DNA from: Malacoraja senta
Lineage: Eukaryota
Direction: 5' to 3'
NCBI GenBank assembly: GCA_038087875.1
Contig: CM075998.1
Location: 2,170,001 to 2,234,000, forward strand
DNA: 64,000 nt
The translations under genes and the position numbers were made by a program. The notes under the pieces are model-generated. The model saw only the letters and a list, made by a program, of their open reading frames with translations. It did not search any database and was not told the origin of the DNA. How positions within the stretch are numbered: the first letter of the stretch is position 1; every line of letters begins with the position of its first letter. Positions 39,181 through 53,321 of this stretch are shown in pieces.

Positions 39181-39896
39181 GTAAGTATGTTTACACAAAT
39201 AAGGAAATGGAGTGACGTATCGTGGGGATTTAAAGTCTCTATCTGTGGTGGCAGTTGTTTGAACTCACTTGTTGATTTATTTTCCCATGAAGTTTGGGCA
39301 TTTATTTCTGCCCCTGGGAGCAGAATGTAGGCACTTATTAGAGCAAACAGATGGAAGTTGCTATGTTCAATCAGCTCTGGCAGCTGAACTTGTTGAGGAC
39401 AATAGAATTCAGCTTGCACATATATACATTTCCTTTGTGAAAACTTCCTGCAAATGATCTTGCAGCATCTTTTTTTTGGTTCTTGCTATTTTGCTTTTTC
39501 TTTCTTGACCTATAAGAGGACTTCTGCAACGTAACTACGACATAAAATGTAACCAATTTGGGGCCGCTTTGGTTTCACAGCGCACGACTACAATGAGTTG
39601 CCATTAAGTTCAGTGAAGGTTTGCGGCATGGGGAATGGAAATAATGACTGATACAGCAGGAGTAGTTCTTCTGTAGTTGTTGAGGTGCGTTGAGGCATAA
39701 GGTTTTATCCTGCGCCAGACCTATGCAATATTAGACCTGTGGTTGCCAATTGCAAGGTTGTTTTTTTTCCCCTCAATAAAATTCTTTTCCCAGTATTGGT
39801 GTCCCTCAGCACGAGCACAAAATTTACTGGAAGAAATTTAGAGTTGTTTATTACCACCATGCTGTGTTCACAGAAAGATGTCTAATGAAACGTGTT

Positions 39897-40170
39897 GACA
39901 CGAGACTGTAAATGCTGGAATCTTGAGCAAAAAAAAACAAACTGCTGGAGGAACTCAGCATGCCAGCCAGCATCCATGGAGGGAGATGCACAGGTGACAT
40001 TTTGAGTCAGCACTATATAAATACTTCCAGTGCATTTTTAATCTTGTGATCTGTGCGACAACTAGTTTGACCGAGTCTGAAGAAGGGTCCCGGCTTGAAA
40101 CGTTGTCTGTCATTTTTCCTCCACAAATGTGGCCTGACCCACTGAGTTCCTCCAGCAGTTTTGTGTTTTG
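39897..40170. mobile_element. Inverted Penelope-derived element
   Basis: Antisense arm to ~40012 and sense arm from ~40074; TSD-like CTAATGAAAnnTGTT at 39882 and 40171. Confidence 0.82.
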
Positions 40171-40554
40171 CTAATGAAATATGTTTTCTGTTCAGTTTTG
40201 ACCGATCTATGGCAAGAACGCTGAAATCACTGTTCCTTGGAGGGTTCAAATCTTTTTGTTCCAGGTTCCAGCACCTGTACTTTTTTGTGTCCACATCTAA
40301 TTGCACCTTGAAATGAGTGGAATTGAGCATCTCTTAGATTGGTTGACGTAAATATGTAGTCACTTTTGATGCTACTCGTGTTAAAAGGCTCGGTTAGTGC
40401 TTTCGATATCTTTTGACTGTTCCTCGTAGATATTTAAATGCTGCTATTGTCGATAGCATAAGGGCCAGGTTGTACCTGACAGTCTGACCAACTATTCAAC
40501 TGGACATTAACATCACGTTGGTGTGTTTGGTTTATCTGGAAGTTATTTTCATTC

Positions 40555-40925
40555 ACTGGTTTAGTTGGCAGAATTCTTGCCTCTGAAGGTTCTCTATCTA
40601 GACATCATCCAACACTTGAGTACAAAGTCTGGAATGCAGCACCAGACAGGTGCCACAATGTCAAATCTTTGGATGAGTCTTCCTGCATTACACTTCAGCA
40701 TCACACTTGCACATTTTTAAGTGTTGCAGGTGGATGTTGAATCGATGGGCACCAGTTAAAAGCCAGGAAATGTAACAAGTGTATCTAGCTGCAATGAAAA
40801 TCGTCAACTGCTTGCTCATTTGTATGTGATATCTTTACTGGGCATAAAATGGCTGCTGCATTTAAACAAGTGTCTGTGGTCCATAGAAATTAATTGGAGT
40901 GCCCTGAGATATGATCATGTCTTAT
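40555..40925 (+). mobile_element. Old DeuSINE-like element
   Basis: cttgcctctgaaggtt...cacttgagtacaaagtct...tctttggatgag...caggtggatgt...ataaaatggctgctgcatt. Confidence 0.6.
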
Positions 40926-41087
40926 GCACACAAATTATTTCTTTAGTTTACTATTGCCACTTGGTCTATTTGACACGTTCTAAAATATCTTTCACATTTC
41001 AAAGTATGTACCAGCTCTACATCACTTTGAATTCCAGAAAATGAAAAATCTTTTGCTTTCAAGCCTTGTCATCCTTCACTTCATTGA

Positions 41088-41348
<261 letters not shown>

Positions 41349-42280
41349 TAGTGGGTGGAATCCTGTTCGGAGAGGGGCAACAAGTGAACTTCATGTTAAA
41401 TTCTTTGTACAGCAGCTGTTTCAAAGATTAAAAGGGAAGTTAATACACTCCAAAAACAATGAAACATGACATATATATTTCTGTATTTAAATCCTCTTGT
41501 AATATTGGCCAGCGCACTATTTGCCTTCCTAATTGCTTGTTGCATCTGCACGTTTACTGTCCTTGAATTGTAGGCAGTAATGTTTCCTAATCTGCCAACA
41601 CTTTTTTAAAAATCTGCTCTTTTGTTTTATCTACCAAAGTTAAAGATCTCGTATTAAGTTCTATCTGCTGTGTTCTCATCCAATAGCATATGTTGGCTGT
41701 ATCCCCTTGAAACCTCTTTACATTGTTATCTCTCATTTTGTGTCATGAGGTGATGTTTGAGGCTCCTGTAGATATGGACATTACCAGGGCAAGATGTATA
41801 TTAATGTTTACATTTGAAGCTCGCACTTGCCAACCTGTTTTTGTCAATGCTCAAGCAACAATTGTCAACTGCAAACATTTAAGTTTGAAAATGAGGGGGA
41901 CAGAAATTGGTTATCTAATCTTGCAGGGAACATGACTGAATAATAAGTAATTCTTACAGGATAGAAGATCAGGTGCATTGGCGTGTAATTATTGGTAAAC
42001 GTAGAACTTGGTTTGAACATAAGACTACAGTAAAATACCTTCCATGCCCAATCCTTCACATAGAATAGTAGATAAGTCAAGGGGAATAGGTGTGGCAAAG
42101 GCACTTCACAGCTCGTTGATATACTTGTAAAGGAGCTTCATTAAATAACCAAACAAAAACCAGACTGAAGAATATCAAGGATAAGAGCAGACATACCTGG
42201 AAAATTAATAATGATTCTTGTGCCACAAATTAATTGATGATTCTTGTGCCACAAAGGACATGAAAACATGCGCAATTAAC

Positions 42281-42410
42281 TGAAAAAGGGTCTTGACTCG
42301 AAACGTCACCCATTCCTTCTCTCCAGAGATGCTGCCTGTCCTGCTGAGTTACTCCAGCATTTTGTGTCTACCTTTGATTTAAACCAGCATCTGCAGTTTT
42401 TTCTTACACA
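42281..42410 (+). mobile_element. Full-length short Penelope-derived hammerhead element
   Basis: ctgaaaaagggtcttgactcgaaacgtc...gcatctgcagtt...acaca; TSD CAATTAAC at 42273-42280 and 42411-42418. Confidence 0.9.
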
Positions 42411-45169
42411 CAATTAACATAACCAGCTTCAATTAAGAGTGCAAATTGTAATATGTTGGGTTGATGTCTGGGAGGTTTGCAAGTTTGCTGTTAACTCCCT
42501 GGGAGATATTTGTTGCCTATTTTTCTCTGGTTCCCCATTTCCACATGAATTACTGAAATTGAGTAGAATTCCTGAAGAATACATATTAACTGGTCTGTTG
42601 AAAGAAGGCTTGGTAGTAAAGTAACTTTCCGTCCCAATTTTTTTGCATCAACTGCAAACACTCAATTTTAGATCTACATATTTTTTAAGGGAGGAAATTA
42701 AACTAAGAATATTTTATCGTTGGAATCTTTTTACAAGGTTCAATTACGTAAATATGCCCTTGGGTAGCAGCTCAACTGATTTGTGCCAGTTGGTTGTGAT
42801 ATGCAGTTCTGAAATGGAGATATCTGTGATCTTTTCGTTGTTGCCAGTTCATCAGGTGCCACTTTTTTTCTGTAAAAACAGACTCAGAAGAAAAAAATCC
42901 CCTAAATTTAAAATCCCCTAAATGATTGTGTTTTACCTTATACAGCCATGCTAGGTGGTAGATCACAAGATAAAATCAGCTGGGTTACAAATACATCATT
43001 TACTTTAGAAACAAAAGGTAAGCTAAAGTGCTCTTTAACCTTTAATGCAAGGGCTGCCACTGTCTTAAATACCATTTATGCATTGGGGTGGGCGGTGATG
43101 ATAAATGGCAGATTTGCTGGGTGATGGAAACCTGTATATTTTATTGTGGCTGAGCACACGCCCAGTGAGATGTTTTCTTTGAATTGAATGCTCCGGAGAC
43201 TTTTCTACCTCTAGAATGGGGAAAATTCCCGGCTTAACATTAAAACCGAATTTGGGGAGATTTCATAGCTGATGAAACTAACATCCTAAAGCACTTCATA
43301 GTTAGTTCACTAACTGCGGTAGATGATCATTTAACGCTTGTGCAAACGATCGGTGAATCCTGCAGGCCATTGTTTAGAATACTTCATTATGTGTTTTAGT
43401 TAATTAAATTAGTTGGCATACAATTACTCAATGTAGCTTGTTCCTTTTGCGGGTTTGTATTGCTGATCAACCGAGCTTCTATAACAAATCTACATGAATT
43501 TGTCTAACGCCATCTTGTGATTGGCAAAAGTGAATACAATACATTTGTGATTATTTGGAATTTATTGAAGGAAAGGTGTTTATTCATGTCATTCGTTTGA
43601 CCCGCCAGCTTGTATTGGAATTGTCTTTTCCCAGTGAAATTAATTGGAGAACAAGGCTTATGCCTGTGGTCTTCAAAGCTGTTTTGTCATATCTTACCCA
43701 AGCCATAATGGACCTTGCCTGCTGTTAGCTCCCACACTTATTCCTCCCATCATCCAATGCCATTTTTGCAACTTCCAGCATAGTGGCAATACCAAAAACG
43801 TTTTCTCCCCCCTCTGAATTTGAGGGGACCAGCTGGCCAACTTTTCAATCACTCCCAATATTCACTGCATTTCCTGCAGCATCTTCTGTGCAATTGCAGG
43901 AGGTCATTTTTCAAGCGCAAAAAAAAAAACCATTCCAACTAACCAATCTTATTAACCACTACTATGGCCTAATGGTGTGTTTAAAATGTTCATTACGTTC
44001 AAACTTAATGCGCAAACCAGATAAAATACAGTGCAATTGAATGCACGATATTAAATGTTACCATCGAGACAGAGGATTGAGTTGAAGTATTCTTGGCACT
44101 ACCTTCCATTGTTCGGTATTCTAAACGATTATTTTGGGATAAAAAGCAAAGAACTTCATTCTCAATTGAGTGTGCTGTTATCACATTGTTGTTCATCACT
44201 TTATGATAACATTGCCTTCATTGGTGAAAGTTTACTGTAAATATATGGTACTTTCTGCCATTTGTGCACTTTATCACGTGTCACTTACCTGTCTAAGCCA
44301 GTGAGTGTCATATCAGTGTCACATGAGGTTCAAAGATCACATTTTTCAGAAGATGCTGAAAATTCAGACAGGCTGTTCACCGTGAAGGATAGTTCTTTGC
44401 ATGCAACCACAAGATTGTAAGCTATTTTGCTCTTGCTTTGTTATAATTCTTTCTATCTTCGCAAATTCTTTACAACTAATCCAATTCTATCTTCTATCTG
44501 GGGTTTTTAATCAGCATTGGTCATTTTGTCGCTTTTGTAAATTTATGGTTTAAGGTTAAAAATTTGAATTTAAATTACGTTTAATTTATTCCCATTTAAA
44601 AAAATAAATCTTCGGTTTCGTCTTCTAGTTTTTTCCCTCCCCCCTTATTTTCCCGTGAATGCTGATTCACGCTGGTGTACATGTATGTGACTTCACATCC
44701 TCTTTCTTGTCTAAGTGACTGTGTCTACGTGTGAGATTATTCACTAGGTTTTAGCAAAGTAATTGAGTGCAGTAGCATGACAGCTGAGCCTGATTCTGCT
44801 CTCAGCAGACGTCAACATGCAATTTATTAGCCTTGTGTGAATTACTAAATAGAAATCAGTGCCCCTGTTGTATTTCCTCCTCTTTCTCTCGAGACAGGCC
44901 ATTTGGGCTCCCACTGCCATAATAACAATTTTTAACAAATCTGTGAGATCGCATTTCCTCAGGAATTTGGTATAGAGGGGATTGAGCTTTATTAAACGAT
45001 AGAGTTGCATTCAAGTAGCAAATCAGTTTATAATCTGTATAATTGCAAAAAAAAATTGAAGATTGCAGCTGGTTTCTTCAGTGTTGTTCTATCCTAATTT
45101 AAATTTCTGCAGTACAAGAGTTTTATTTTTCTAAGTTTTTTTTCCCCTCTCTCTAATTGTTGTTGGTCA

Positions 45170-45412
45170 AGTCTTTTTTTCAGTGAAAGCCTTTAAGGAT
45201 GAATTTGTGCCGTATGCATCTTTTAAATAGTTTGTGCAGATCTTTGGAATTTTCTAGCTCAGAGCTTTGAATGCCAAGTCAATTAATGTATATTCCAAGG
45301 TTTAGAGAGATTTTGGATTGCAGGGCAATCTAGGGTTATTGGAATTTGGCAATCAAGTAGAGTTGATCGTATTGAGTGGCAGAGCAGGTTTGAGGGAGTG
45401 TATGACACTCTT
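45170..45412 (+). mobile_element. Old CR1 3' end
   Basis: tctttggaattttctagctcagagc...tatattccaagg...attgagtggcagagcaggtttgaggg. Confidence 0.55.
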
Positions 45413-47037
45413 TTTTGGATAAATGCAATAACCCTGCATGTCCCTTTGTGCAACAAATTATCAATGTGTTGTGTTCCTATTGCACGTTGCAGTGTAGATT
45501 AGTTGGGCTTTTCTTTAAAGAGACGTTAAACCATTTCACATTGGGTATGGGAAGTGCTTGGCCTACTTTCCGGAGTAGAGGCATAGAACAAGGTTTTGGC
45601 CAACTACTACATAACATGTACTGGACAGGGATGCCTATGAAAAATATAGTTATATGGCATGATGAGATTAGTTGGGTAAGTGGCCTGTAATTAGTTTATA
45701 ATAGTAAATCAGTTTATGATCCTCACCAGACAGGACCATAAACTAGGCAGAATAATTTCCAGTGCCTGCTCTAAAGCTATTAATACATCCCACTTTGTTG
45801 ACATTTATTTCAGTAAGGCAATGCTCTGACCTGGTCTGAACTGGCTGACTCCTGTCATTTGAACTGCTCATCCTTCTGTCCTTGAGAGTTGGAGTCAAAT
45901 GCAAATTCCAATGGCATGGGTCAGTCTCTAATGCAATCCTCTATTGATACTGAAATTTCCGATAAATTATCTTCTTCTCGTGTGTATCGTTCACAAGCTA
46001 TTAAAAACATGATTCTTATCAGGATTACCAGTCATCTCCAAATTATTTTAGTCTACTAGTGGCTATCCTGTGGCATTTTTTGCAATGCATTAGATATCAT
46101 TGTGTGATGGAAAATAACATGCCAAAGATGGGTGGTATGTGAAAAATGTGTCCTGTTTTATTAGAAATTTTGTAGTAAAATTAGACAATGTGGTTATTTG
46201 TGTGGAAACCAAATCAGTCACGTTGATTACCATTGGAAGTTCATTTACCAATCTTTTTTTTTGAGCGATCAAAATATTGAGGCATTAGAATATTCAGGAT
46301 ATTTAAGATAGTTAAGGCAGGCGATGCTGGCCACTGGAAGGAATTGTATGTGGTAGATGTGGCATTGTTGATTGGTAGTTGAGAGTTTTTTGAAGATTGG
46401 TTGGTGGGTTGTGGGAGCATTTCTGATGTTGTTAAACCAGGAAAGGAATTGTAGCATGTGGAGGAACACTGGATGAAGTTGTGGGTGTCTGAAGATGTGG
46501 AATAGGGAAGACTGGTTTGTTCAAAGTGCCAAAGAAGAGTTGAGATATGGCAGTTCTAGGACTAACCATTGTGATGAAGGTAAAGGGCTGTAGGATGCAG
46601 ATGCTTGTTTGGGGCAGAGGGGGAAGTGGACGTTTGTTCCTGGGATGTGGAAGCTCTGAGATGGCAGTGCCAGGGGGGTGAGTGGGACCATTGGTGGCAC
46701 ATAATTGACAAAAGTGTAGGAATGGGTGGTTTCTTAGGTTAGCAAAGATTAGACAAGAATACATTGTTACACGTGGATGGAAGAGATGGGAGAAGGTGAC
46801 CTTTCTTGGAACCGTTTGGGAAAGACAAAGGTAGAGAGATGTGGCCTTGATAAGGGGAAAAGGGATTTAAGTTTCTTGATAAGTGACAGATGGGAACCCT
46901 GAAATGTTTCCTGAACATGTTGAACACATTGGTGGTGGGAAGGTAGTGTTTCTAACTGCACTAAATTCACCAGAATTTACTGTATATTTGCTTTATTGCA
47001 CAAGTAGAATATTTGCTTTATTCCACAAATTGCACAA

Positions 47038-47346
47038 GGGTGGTGCAGCGGTAGAGTTGCTGCCTTACAGCGCTTGTAGTGCCGGAGACCCGGGTTCCAT
47101 CCCGACTACAGGTGCTGTCTGTATAGAGTTTGTATGTTCTCCCCGTGACCGCGTTGGTTTTCTCCGAGATCTTCGCTTTTCCCCCACATTCCAAAGATGT
47201 ACAGGTTTGTAGGTTAATTGGCTTGGTGCATGTGTACAATTGTCCCTAGTATGTGTACGCTAGTGTTGGTGTGTGGGGGTCAGTGCGGACTCACTGGGCC
47301 GAAGGGCTTGTTTCCGCGCTGCATCTCTAAACTAAAACTAAACTTA
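47038..47346 (+). mobile_element. tRNA-derived V-SINE (HE1-like)
   Basis: A box tggtgcagcggtag, B box ggttccatccc, V domain gagtttgtatgttctccccgtg...cccacattccaaaga, CR1-type tail and (CTAAA)n. Confidence 0.9.
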
Positions 47347-47924
47347 AGTAAAACTTGTGGGGGGTTTTCTCCTGTTCAAATTAGCTTAATTGATTTGGAG
47401 TACAAATTCAAACTGAAGCCTAATAAGGAAAATGAAGAATAAACTTTAATTGAGAACAGAATGTTTATGTTGTGAACATGATTTTCAAAACAAGACGGTG
47501 TGTAGTTGTGAATTACCTAAACAATTTCAGATATTATTCAGCTTTGTCTTTGCTTTAATTGCATAAGAATTCATAAAAGCATTTCCCTAAAATGGTGACA
47601 CTTGCTACATTAGTATTACTTATTGAATTGGAACCTTTGAGTAGTTTCTGTAAAATCATAGATGCACAAGATGACAAAATTCGAGATAAAGTGTCAGAAT
47701 GATGAACGACTGCACATTAATGTACCTCCAAAGTAATCCCACCCTCAAAGTGTTCAAAAGAAAAAGTTGGTTGAGGTTAAACCTTAAGGATGAATGTCTA
47801 TGTGGTCGTTTAAATCTGGATCTAATTCTGTAGAAATGGACCTGAAATATTATCAGAATATCTAAGCATCAGGAACTGATACTGCATGACAGAAAAATCA
47901 ATCCGTGTACATGGCAATCTCTGC

Positions 47925-48053
47925 ACGGGTGTCAGAGGTTATGGGGAGAAGGCAGGAGAATGGGGCTCGGAGGGAAAGATAGATCAGCCATGATTGAATG
48001 GTGGAGTAGACTTGATGGGCCAAATGGCCTAATTCTACTCCTATCACTTATGT
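47925..48053 (+). mobile_element. CR1-type LINE 3' end
   Basis: Same subfamily as 21198-21409. Confidence 0.85.
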
Positions 48054-48174
48054 TCTATTAGTTTGAAATCTAGCCACGAGAATTTGGGCTGCACCCGAGC
48101 AAATGAGCTCAGATGTGCCCGACATTTGTTCGAAAAATGAATTTTTGCAGCACTATTACACTGTTTCTCTCTAA

Positions 48175-48319
48175 GAAAGAATTGCAGATGCTGGAAAAAT
48201 CGAAGGTAAACTAAAAATTTCGGGTCTGAAGAAGGATCTCGACCCGAAACGTCACCTAATCCTTCGCTCCATAGATGCTGCCTCACCCACTGAGTTTCTC
48301 CAGAATTTTTGTCTACCTT
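48175..48319. mobile_element. Inverted Penelope-derived element carrying the intact hammerhead core
   Basis: Perfect 14-bp TSD CTGTTTCTCTCTAA at 48161-48174 and 48320-48333. Confidence 0.92.
48222..48257 (+). ncRNA. Minimal type-I hammerhead ribozyme motif with intact catalytic core, inside a Penelope-derived element
   Basis: GGGT-CTGAAGA-A-GGATC-TC-GACCC-GAAA-CG-TC^ACCT: stem I GGGT/ACCT, stem II with one mismatch, palindromic ACGT stem III, GUC cleavage triplet at 48251-48253. Confidence 0.7.
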
Positions 48320-49508
48320 CTGTTTCTCTCTAATATCGTTATATTTTATTCTGCAGCTTGCCTTAAATATGTAATCCCTGATTCTCGATTGACAAATAAC
48401 TATTATGGAAGATACAAAAATTTGATTGAATCTGAACAGCAAAAACCATTTCCAAGTCATTGTATTAATTCACATTAGTGTCCTATTACAGTGAGAGCAT
48501 TGAATTATATTGGATTTTTGTTCTTTTGTGTTCTTTTGGAGATGTATCACATTTTAACATACAGGTAGTTATAATGTGTGAGCCACGTTCCTAGGAATCC
48601 TTGTGTTATAGAAAACCGCATGATTAAAAACAAGTGTCATTTGGGGTAATGGGGGGTTGAATGCCACTCACGATAACCAATTTATTTTTCTTTGCAGAAT
48701 TTTCAGAAATAAAGATCTTTTTAATAGCTTTAAGTTTATTTTTGTTACTGCAAGCTCAAAATACTAAAGTATTTATGATACATTGTTTAATAGAGTAAAG
48801 TTGCACAAGTGTCAGTAGATGCAATTGCTTGTCAATTTCAATGGCTGCCTGTGGTATAACTGACTCTGTTCTCAAGAGAATAGGATGTCACTTCCCAAAT
48901 TCATCTTTAGTCTTTCTCACAGTCCCAAGGTAAAATTTCTGAGCTTGGCTTTCTCCCCTTACCATAAGCTCTGTAGAGGCCCTAATGACACTCTCAGATG
49001 ACACCAAGGACATTCCTTCCTTAAACTCTTGTAAAAAAAAACTCTGATATTCTACCCTGGTAACACATATTCTACCTCTTTTTTGCTGATCATCAGTCCC
49101 TTGACATGTTGAATCATCATTTGCCTCACAATTCTATTTCCTTTTATTCTATGGCTGTCGATTCTCATTTATTTCTCATTCTCGATGGGTCGAACAGCCT
49201 AATTCTACTCCTATGACTTAAACATGAATTTTATTGTCACCCCTCTTGATCAGAGACTTGCATATTTTGGATTGATTAATAAATGTTCCCGTTGATTCGA
49301 GCTCGTGTTAATGTACAGAGATGCTGCTTTTTTTTAGAACATGCTTATTATGAGGGGAAAGTAAGTGCATGGTAATGAAGGCTTTCAGCCTGGAATGTCC
49401 AGCATTTTCTGTTTTAATTTCATACGTAATGTCCAATTCAAGGTAGCATCTTAATGAAATCTGACCTTGCGTGATTAATGCTCATCTGATCATTTTCTCT
49501 CTTTCTAG

Positions 49509-49658
49509 TCTCTTCTCCCACTGTCGGCAAACCGTATAAATGTAACTACTGTGGGCGGAGTTACAAGCAGCAGAGTTCACTGGAAGAGCACAAGGAACGT
49601 TGCCACAACTACCTGCAGAGTCTGAATGCTGAGCCCCCACAGCCATCTTCTCAGCAAG
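49509..49658 (+). CDS. ikzf4: IKZF4 coding exon 5, ZF4 of CCHC type ([39 protein letters not shown]...)
   Basis: ttttctctctttctag acceptor and G|GTCTGT donor, 150 nt. The VSSPT linker is characteristic of Eos. Confidence 0.96.
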
Positions 49659-52600
49659 GTCTGTAACCAGCAATATCACAGTGTCACAAAGGACTGTACA
49701 TAATAATGTCGGTAATAGAGGGATAGTGAGCCGTTTACTAACCGTTGCTGAACCAACAGCATAATTTTGCTTTTAGCTTAGATATCGTGTCAACAAGAGC
49801 TACTTCTTTAGATACATTGCAGTGTATTAATGTTTGAAAATGTGCATTTTATCATTCAGGATTAATTCGCAAATCACAGGAGCTCGTTCAGTCACATTTT
49901 GGTTTGATACAATGGAGTTGCAAATGTGTCGGTGTTTAATGGCATTATTAAGAACACCTCTTGGGTGACAAACTTTAACCCCTTACTGTACAAACTGTAT
50001 AAAAACCCAATGTCTCCCTGACAGTGCAGTGACCAAACCATATCCAATCATTGTCCTACATGAAGGGTAGAGTACATCACCAAAGGAGTGAATTGTGGTC
50101 GGTGTCTGATAAATAAGCAGGTTGCTGAGCCATGACACAATTTTAGATTCAATAGCTCTAATATGTTAATACAAGGATGTTACAATATGGACAGACTATC
50201 CCAGTATAATTTAATTTGAGGTTATACTGAAAAGGCAGTGTAAATATATAAATCTGCATTAAGTAGGGAACCTAAATGCCTGGCATGGTCCCAGGAGCTG
50301 TGCTTGATCCCCAAGTATATTTCATTACATACAGTAATGCATGTTTAGTGCACAACTCGCTATTTTTATAAACCTTTTTGTTATCAGTTTTGGTGAAAAT
50401 AGGAACATGTCTGGCTTTCATAACACTTGTTATTCTACTCTGTTCAGGCTTCAGATTCTAATGAAATCTGTAAAGAAGTCCTCCCCTTGGGGAACCTGTT
50501 GAGCAATTCACTTACTGACCTGAGCCTTAGAGAGCCATTCTGTCACGGCCCTGAATGACTTTAAGAATTACAGTGGGATTAAGACAGCATAATCTATCCC
50601 GCCATTGATTTTAATGAGACTCTAATGAGTTCTACAACTTTGAGCTCACATACCCACGTAGATCATAACTGATCGCAGTCAGGATAGGACATCAGCTTAA
50701 AGGGAAGTTATCCAGTATAGCTGTCTTCATTTGCATTCTGCACCCGTTTTTTTTCATGGGTTATACATTTAAATTATTGGCATACCCACTTCTGATCAAG
50801 GCGCTATCCGAAACAAAGTGTCTCTGAAATTCGTTGACTTTCAGTATGTTTTTTTTAGCAGTAAATATTGGATTTTCACACCTATTACCTGTGGCCAATT
50901 GGTCAAATGACCTTTGCACTACTTTCTGGATCCTGCTAAACAACCAGTTCCTCAAAAATCCTGTTCGCTTGCATTAAGTGACAGAACCCTGGTTTTGAGG
51001 TTAATCCCTGTGAATGTATGTTGTTGCATTAATCCTGCAATCAATCATCTCTTGGGTATTGCTCAGTTACCCGTAGCTGTGTACAGAATCCTTTAGTTTT
51101 TCTAGCCCTCTTAGCTTCTTTATGGAGTACCTAGCAACTGCCTCTGTGTAACTCAGCCTGTAGTATATTCTTATTTGATCAACTGGTTAATCCAGACAGC
51201 CCAGAAAGTAATTGATATCTTTCAGTTGCTGATAATTTATTGATTAGCACCAGCAAGATTCTTGTGAAGACTCATCTGCTTCATTCATGTCCTTCAAAGG
51301 AGGAAATCGTGTCTGTCTCAAACTGTTTAATTGACTCGATGGCAAATAAATATTGGGTTATTCGGGTCATCCATTTTCTTAAAACAAAAGTGGGTTTACA
51401 GGAATATTCCTTGCTTAAGTCTGTCAAAATATTTGAGAGACAGTCCATTGTATTTCTCAAGAAAAAAAAATTATAAGCTCGTGGACTGCATTTGAAACAT
51501 TTTTCAAACTGATTGTTTTAAAGCTGCTTTGTTGTAAACCATGTTACTTGGGCTTTTCTTCATCAATTTTTCTTGGCATATTGCACTCTTGCACATTTAC
51601 CAGACATTACACAGTGAAATTTGGGCAGCCTTCAGGTTTTTCTTGTCTGTTTTGGCAGTAGAGCGTATAGCTTTGCAGTGAGGGCCTTTCTTTGCAAGTG
51701 CTGTGCTGATGTGATTCCTTCATTGTGTGAGGGCTGCTTGAATGTTGAAGAAGTTGTGACCTGGTAAAGTCGTCCTCATTCTTCGTACATCGCCATCCCC
51801 TCTTACCTGTTATATTTTGTTAGATGGTTGGGGATATGTTAATGGAATCATTTCTAAGTTTTTGTAGATAAAAAAAAGCTGAAATTTTTGCAAAGGTCCT
51901 GGACCTTTTAAAGAGTGCAGGAGCAGGATGTCACAAGGGCCACGTTGTCAATGATGCCCTAATCAAAGAGAATGTGATTTCTAGGACAAATCCAGAATGG
52001 GCAAGCCCCTATGGCTTGTGAGGGTTGCTATCATGTGAAGAATCAAGGAGACTGTACAATGTCGGCCATTTTTCTTTGCCTGTGACTCCCACATTTCAGC
52101 AATGTTGAAGGAGTCTCTGACAGGAGGGGACACGGGAACAGAAAAATTACTGTTGCTTTAACAATTTCCACATTGAAGTCTTATGAGTACATTTAGTTGC
52201 CCATTCACCACCTTAACCAGGGAATAGGATATGGCCACGGTAAGGAAGAGTAGAGGGAACAAATGACCATATGACACTGTATAAGTAATTGATTTAATGA
52301 ATTGTAAAAAGTTGTTCTGTTTGGTGAAAACACGTGTAAGCTAATAAATTGTTGTTTACAGTATGATCTGGAGGAGTGGTAGCAGAGTAATAATGAATTT
52401 GACAAGTAAGATGGAGACTATACATTCAAATTCCAGTGTGACATTTTAGTGAATATCCAATAAATTGAGATTACACCAAAAATGTAATTGCCATTTGCAG
52501 TGAACCTGTGCTATGGATGTAATATCTCAGCATTAACAAACATAGTTGTAAACTCATTTAATTCTGTTACTAATATTTTGAATATTTGCAGTGGTGTTTA

Positions 52601-53321
52601 GGAATCTGCTAAACAGAATATTAGTGAGTAGTTGAGTTTTGCTAAGATTCCTGTGGCTGTCACTATGATGGTTTTAACTGAAAGTTTTCTGCAGTTTTTA
52701 ACCACTGACTAATGAAGATATCAGAATATTGATAATTTACAGTTTTATCTGCAGAAATTAAGTTTTGAAATTGTTGTATATTCATAAATTGGTTTCTCTG
52801 TACTCCTTGGAAATTGAGTAGTTCACAGTTGTCACTGATTCTCTGGAATCGAGTTATCATTTGTTTACTGTCTGCCCAATTTTAAAATCATAGCCCATTT
52901 AAAGGACTTTTCTTCATACAGGTGTTTAAGTGATTAGGCACATATTCCTACTGACTGGCACATTTTGCAGTGGAACATCAACAACACTTCTCATCCCTGC
53001 ACAACATTGTTTTAAACATTTGTTTTATGGACATTTAAAGCCGCAAAAAAAACGTTGGAAATATCTGTATGTGTGGCTCCAGCTGATGCTGTAATATAAT
53101 GCAATAGATGCATCTGATGGCATTGTTTAAATCTTGAAGCTGCTTGCTGCAAAATGCTGTCCAGAGCAGTTGATTTCTGAAAATAAACATGTTTAGAGAC
53201 AGGAAATATCAGTCATGGTTCCAGCTTTTGATTGCTGTTCTGTGCTCAATCGTGAAACTTATGGCAAAGCCAATCATGAACTCAATTCACATTCAGTCTA
53301 GGGTTACCCCTGAAGAACTGG

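Noticed and set aside
46300-46950. G/purine-rich block as a possible minus-strand L2 endonuclease relic or a gene
   Set aside because: Too decayed to assign, and the ORFs are low-complexity with no convincing motif.
47038-47110. tRNA gene (also 53325 and 61857)
   Set aside because: The A and B boxes continue into a V domain and LINE tail, so these are SINE heads without a full cloverleaf.
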